IMG/VR virus record: IMGVR_UViG_3300021378_000019
Location: 4,182 to 68,181 of that record
Length of the DNA: 64,000 nt
Reading direction: 5' to 3' (one strand)
Source: a virus
Below the pieces are notes generated by a model. It did not search any database. It was not told where the DNA came from and saw nothing but the letters and a program-made list of their open reading frames with translations. Position 1 is the stretch's first letter. Each line of letters begins with the position of its first letter. Of the stretch, positions 62,952-64,000 are shown in pieces. The translations under genes and the position numbers were made by a program.

Positions 62952-63512
62952 TTATTTTGAGCTTTCAATCATCTTTTTTGCCTTTTCAGCAACATCTTCT
63001 ATATTTTGCGGTGTATAGTTGATAGCCTCGACACTCATATTAATGTAAGCACCCGGCGGTGATGCATTTTGATGAATATGTCCATGCACATTTACCATTT
63101 CGTATGCTTGATCAGTCCGACCTCGTGAAGCAGACATTGGATGAAGAGGCACATGACTAAGCAACAAATTATACTCTTTAAATTGACGCCACATACTTAC
63201 CTTTTTGAACCACCCACCGCTGCACAGAAATTTAATATCATCATGGTTACCCACAATAAGACGTTTGCTACCATTCAATCGATTGAAGTGCGTATTCATC
63301 CATTGCTTATCACCCATTACCACATCGCCTAGATGATATACAATATCACCAGGCTTAACAACATTATTCCAGCGTTCAATCATAAATTCGTTCATATGAT
63401 TCACGTCATCAAAGCCTGGACGGACTGGATTTCCTGTTTTTGAGTCGGTGAACTTGAGGATATTAGCGTGGTTAAAATGTGTGTCGCTAATCAACCATAT
63501 GTCTCTACTCAT
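62952..63512 (-). CDS. calcineurin-like metallophosphoesterase
   Basis: ISDTHFNH (motif I), HLGDVV (II), GNHD (III), GHIH (V). Confidence 0.8.
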   Translation of the reverse strand: MSRDIWLISDTHFNHANILKFTDSKTGNPVRPGFDDVNHMNEFMIERWNNVVKPGDIVYHLGDVVMGDKQWMNTHFNRLNGSKRLIVGNHDDIKFLCSGGWFKKVSMWRQFKEYNLLLSHVPLHPMSASRGRTDQAYEMVNVHGHIHQNASPPGAYINMSVEAINYTPQNIEDVAEKAKKMIESSK

Positions 63513-64000
63513 TGTTCTTCTCCATAGTCGACGCCAAGCAAGGAACCGTGCATGTTATAGAAGGTAATCATGTCGAATCCTTCTGCTACAGTTGGTATTG
63601 TAAACCCTTCAAACATATTTGTCAATATATTTTGTGGGATAGTTTTGCCAGGGCGGTTCGCAAGACGGTGTGCCCAAACTTTCTGGTCATCGAGCCAACC
63701 TGCCTCAGGAGGAACGATACACACACCGCGAACTTGATAACCAGCTTGCTTCATACGATTGATGATCTTACGGCGCTTACCAACACCAAGATTGGTTTGG
63801 TCCCAGATGATGTCTTGACGCTTCTTGATAGCATAAGCGAGATCGATGTCAGCCTCTGCTGTAGCGCTTTTGATGTGCTGTTCAAAAACGTCATTGTAGG
63901 TCTTGCCGAGAAACGCAGCAATGCGCTCAAGGATAGCATCAGTGCTGTAGACGAACACAGGAAAGTCAATGTTGTTGTATATAGCACGTTCACTTTCAAC
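63509..64000 (-). CDS. polynucleotide-kinase-like P-loop kinase, N-terminus cut by window end
   Basis: Frame stays open to nt 64000 (listed start is GTG). DIIWDQTNLGVGKRRKIINRMKQAGYQVRGVCIVPPEAGWLDDQKVWAHRLANRPGKTIPQNILTNMF aligns to the T4 Pnk kinase domain [60 protein letters not shown]. Confidence 0.6.
   Translation of the reverse strand, partial: VESERAIYNNIDFPVFVYSTDAILERIAAFLGKTYNDVFEQHIKSATAEADIDLAYAIKKRQDIIWDQTNLGVGKRRKIINRMKQAGYQVRGVCIVPPEAGWLDDQKVWAHRLANRPGKTIPQNILTNMFEGFTIPTVAEGFDMITFYNMHGSLLGVDYGEEQ

Noticed and set aside
1-64000. Looked for integrase, transposase, holin/endolysin pair and DNA polymerase.
   Set aside because: No ORF with recognisable tyrosine/serine recombinase, DDE, lysozyme/amidase or polymerase motifs in this window. 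Those functions presumably lie elsewhere in the genome.

Overview
This window is a contiguous piece of a T4-like (Tevenvirinae-type) myovirus genome. It is AT-rich, roughly 40% GC by eye.

**Plus strand, 1..31120 (late/structural module):**
- three large tail-fibre genes with repeat and domain-shuffling architecture
- a 3-gene sugar/glycan-modification cassette
- neck proteins gp13 and gp14, two inserted virion genes (one LamG-like), and gp15
- terminase small and large subunits (gp16, gp17)
- tail sheath gp18, tail tube gp19, portal gp20
- a charged internal head protein, prohead protease gp21, scaffold gp22, major capsid gp23

At least 8 T4-type late promoters (TATAAATA) sit in front of these genes. 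A clean intrinsic terminator follows gp23.

**Minus strand, 31285..64000 (early/middle module):** about 75 tightly packed genes. They are driven by at least 17 sigma70-like promoters (TTGACA-N16/17-TAnnnT). Thirteen of these share a ~40-bp conserved sequence and often overlap the stop codon of the upstream gene. Recognisable products:
- GapR-like DUF2312 nucleoid-associated protein
- NadM-type NMN-adenylyltransferase-like protein plus a P-loop kinase
- DUF932 protein, PD-(D/E)XK nuclease, PAAR protein
- PhoH, HAD 5'-nucleotidase, RNase H (rnh)
- GT-B glycosyltransferase, dNMP-kinase-like protein, GIY-YIG endonuclease
- glutaredoxin, ATP-dependent DNA ligase, DEDD exonuclease
- two SLOG/DprA-like Rossmann proteins
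- RNA ligase 1 (rnlA), a DnaG-type Toprim primase fragment
- an SPFH/band-7 membrane operon
- a calcineurin-like phosphoesterase and a T4-Pnk-like kinase cut by the window end

No tRNA, CRISPR array, integrase or transposase was seen. All family assignments come from reading the translations and comparing them with remembered family motifs. No database search was possible.
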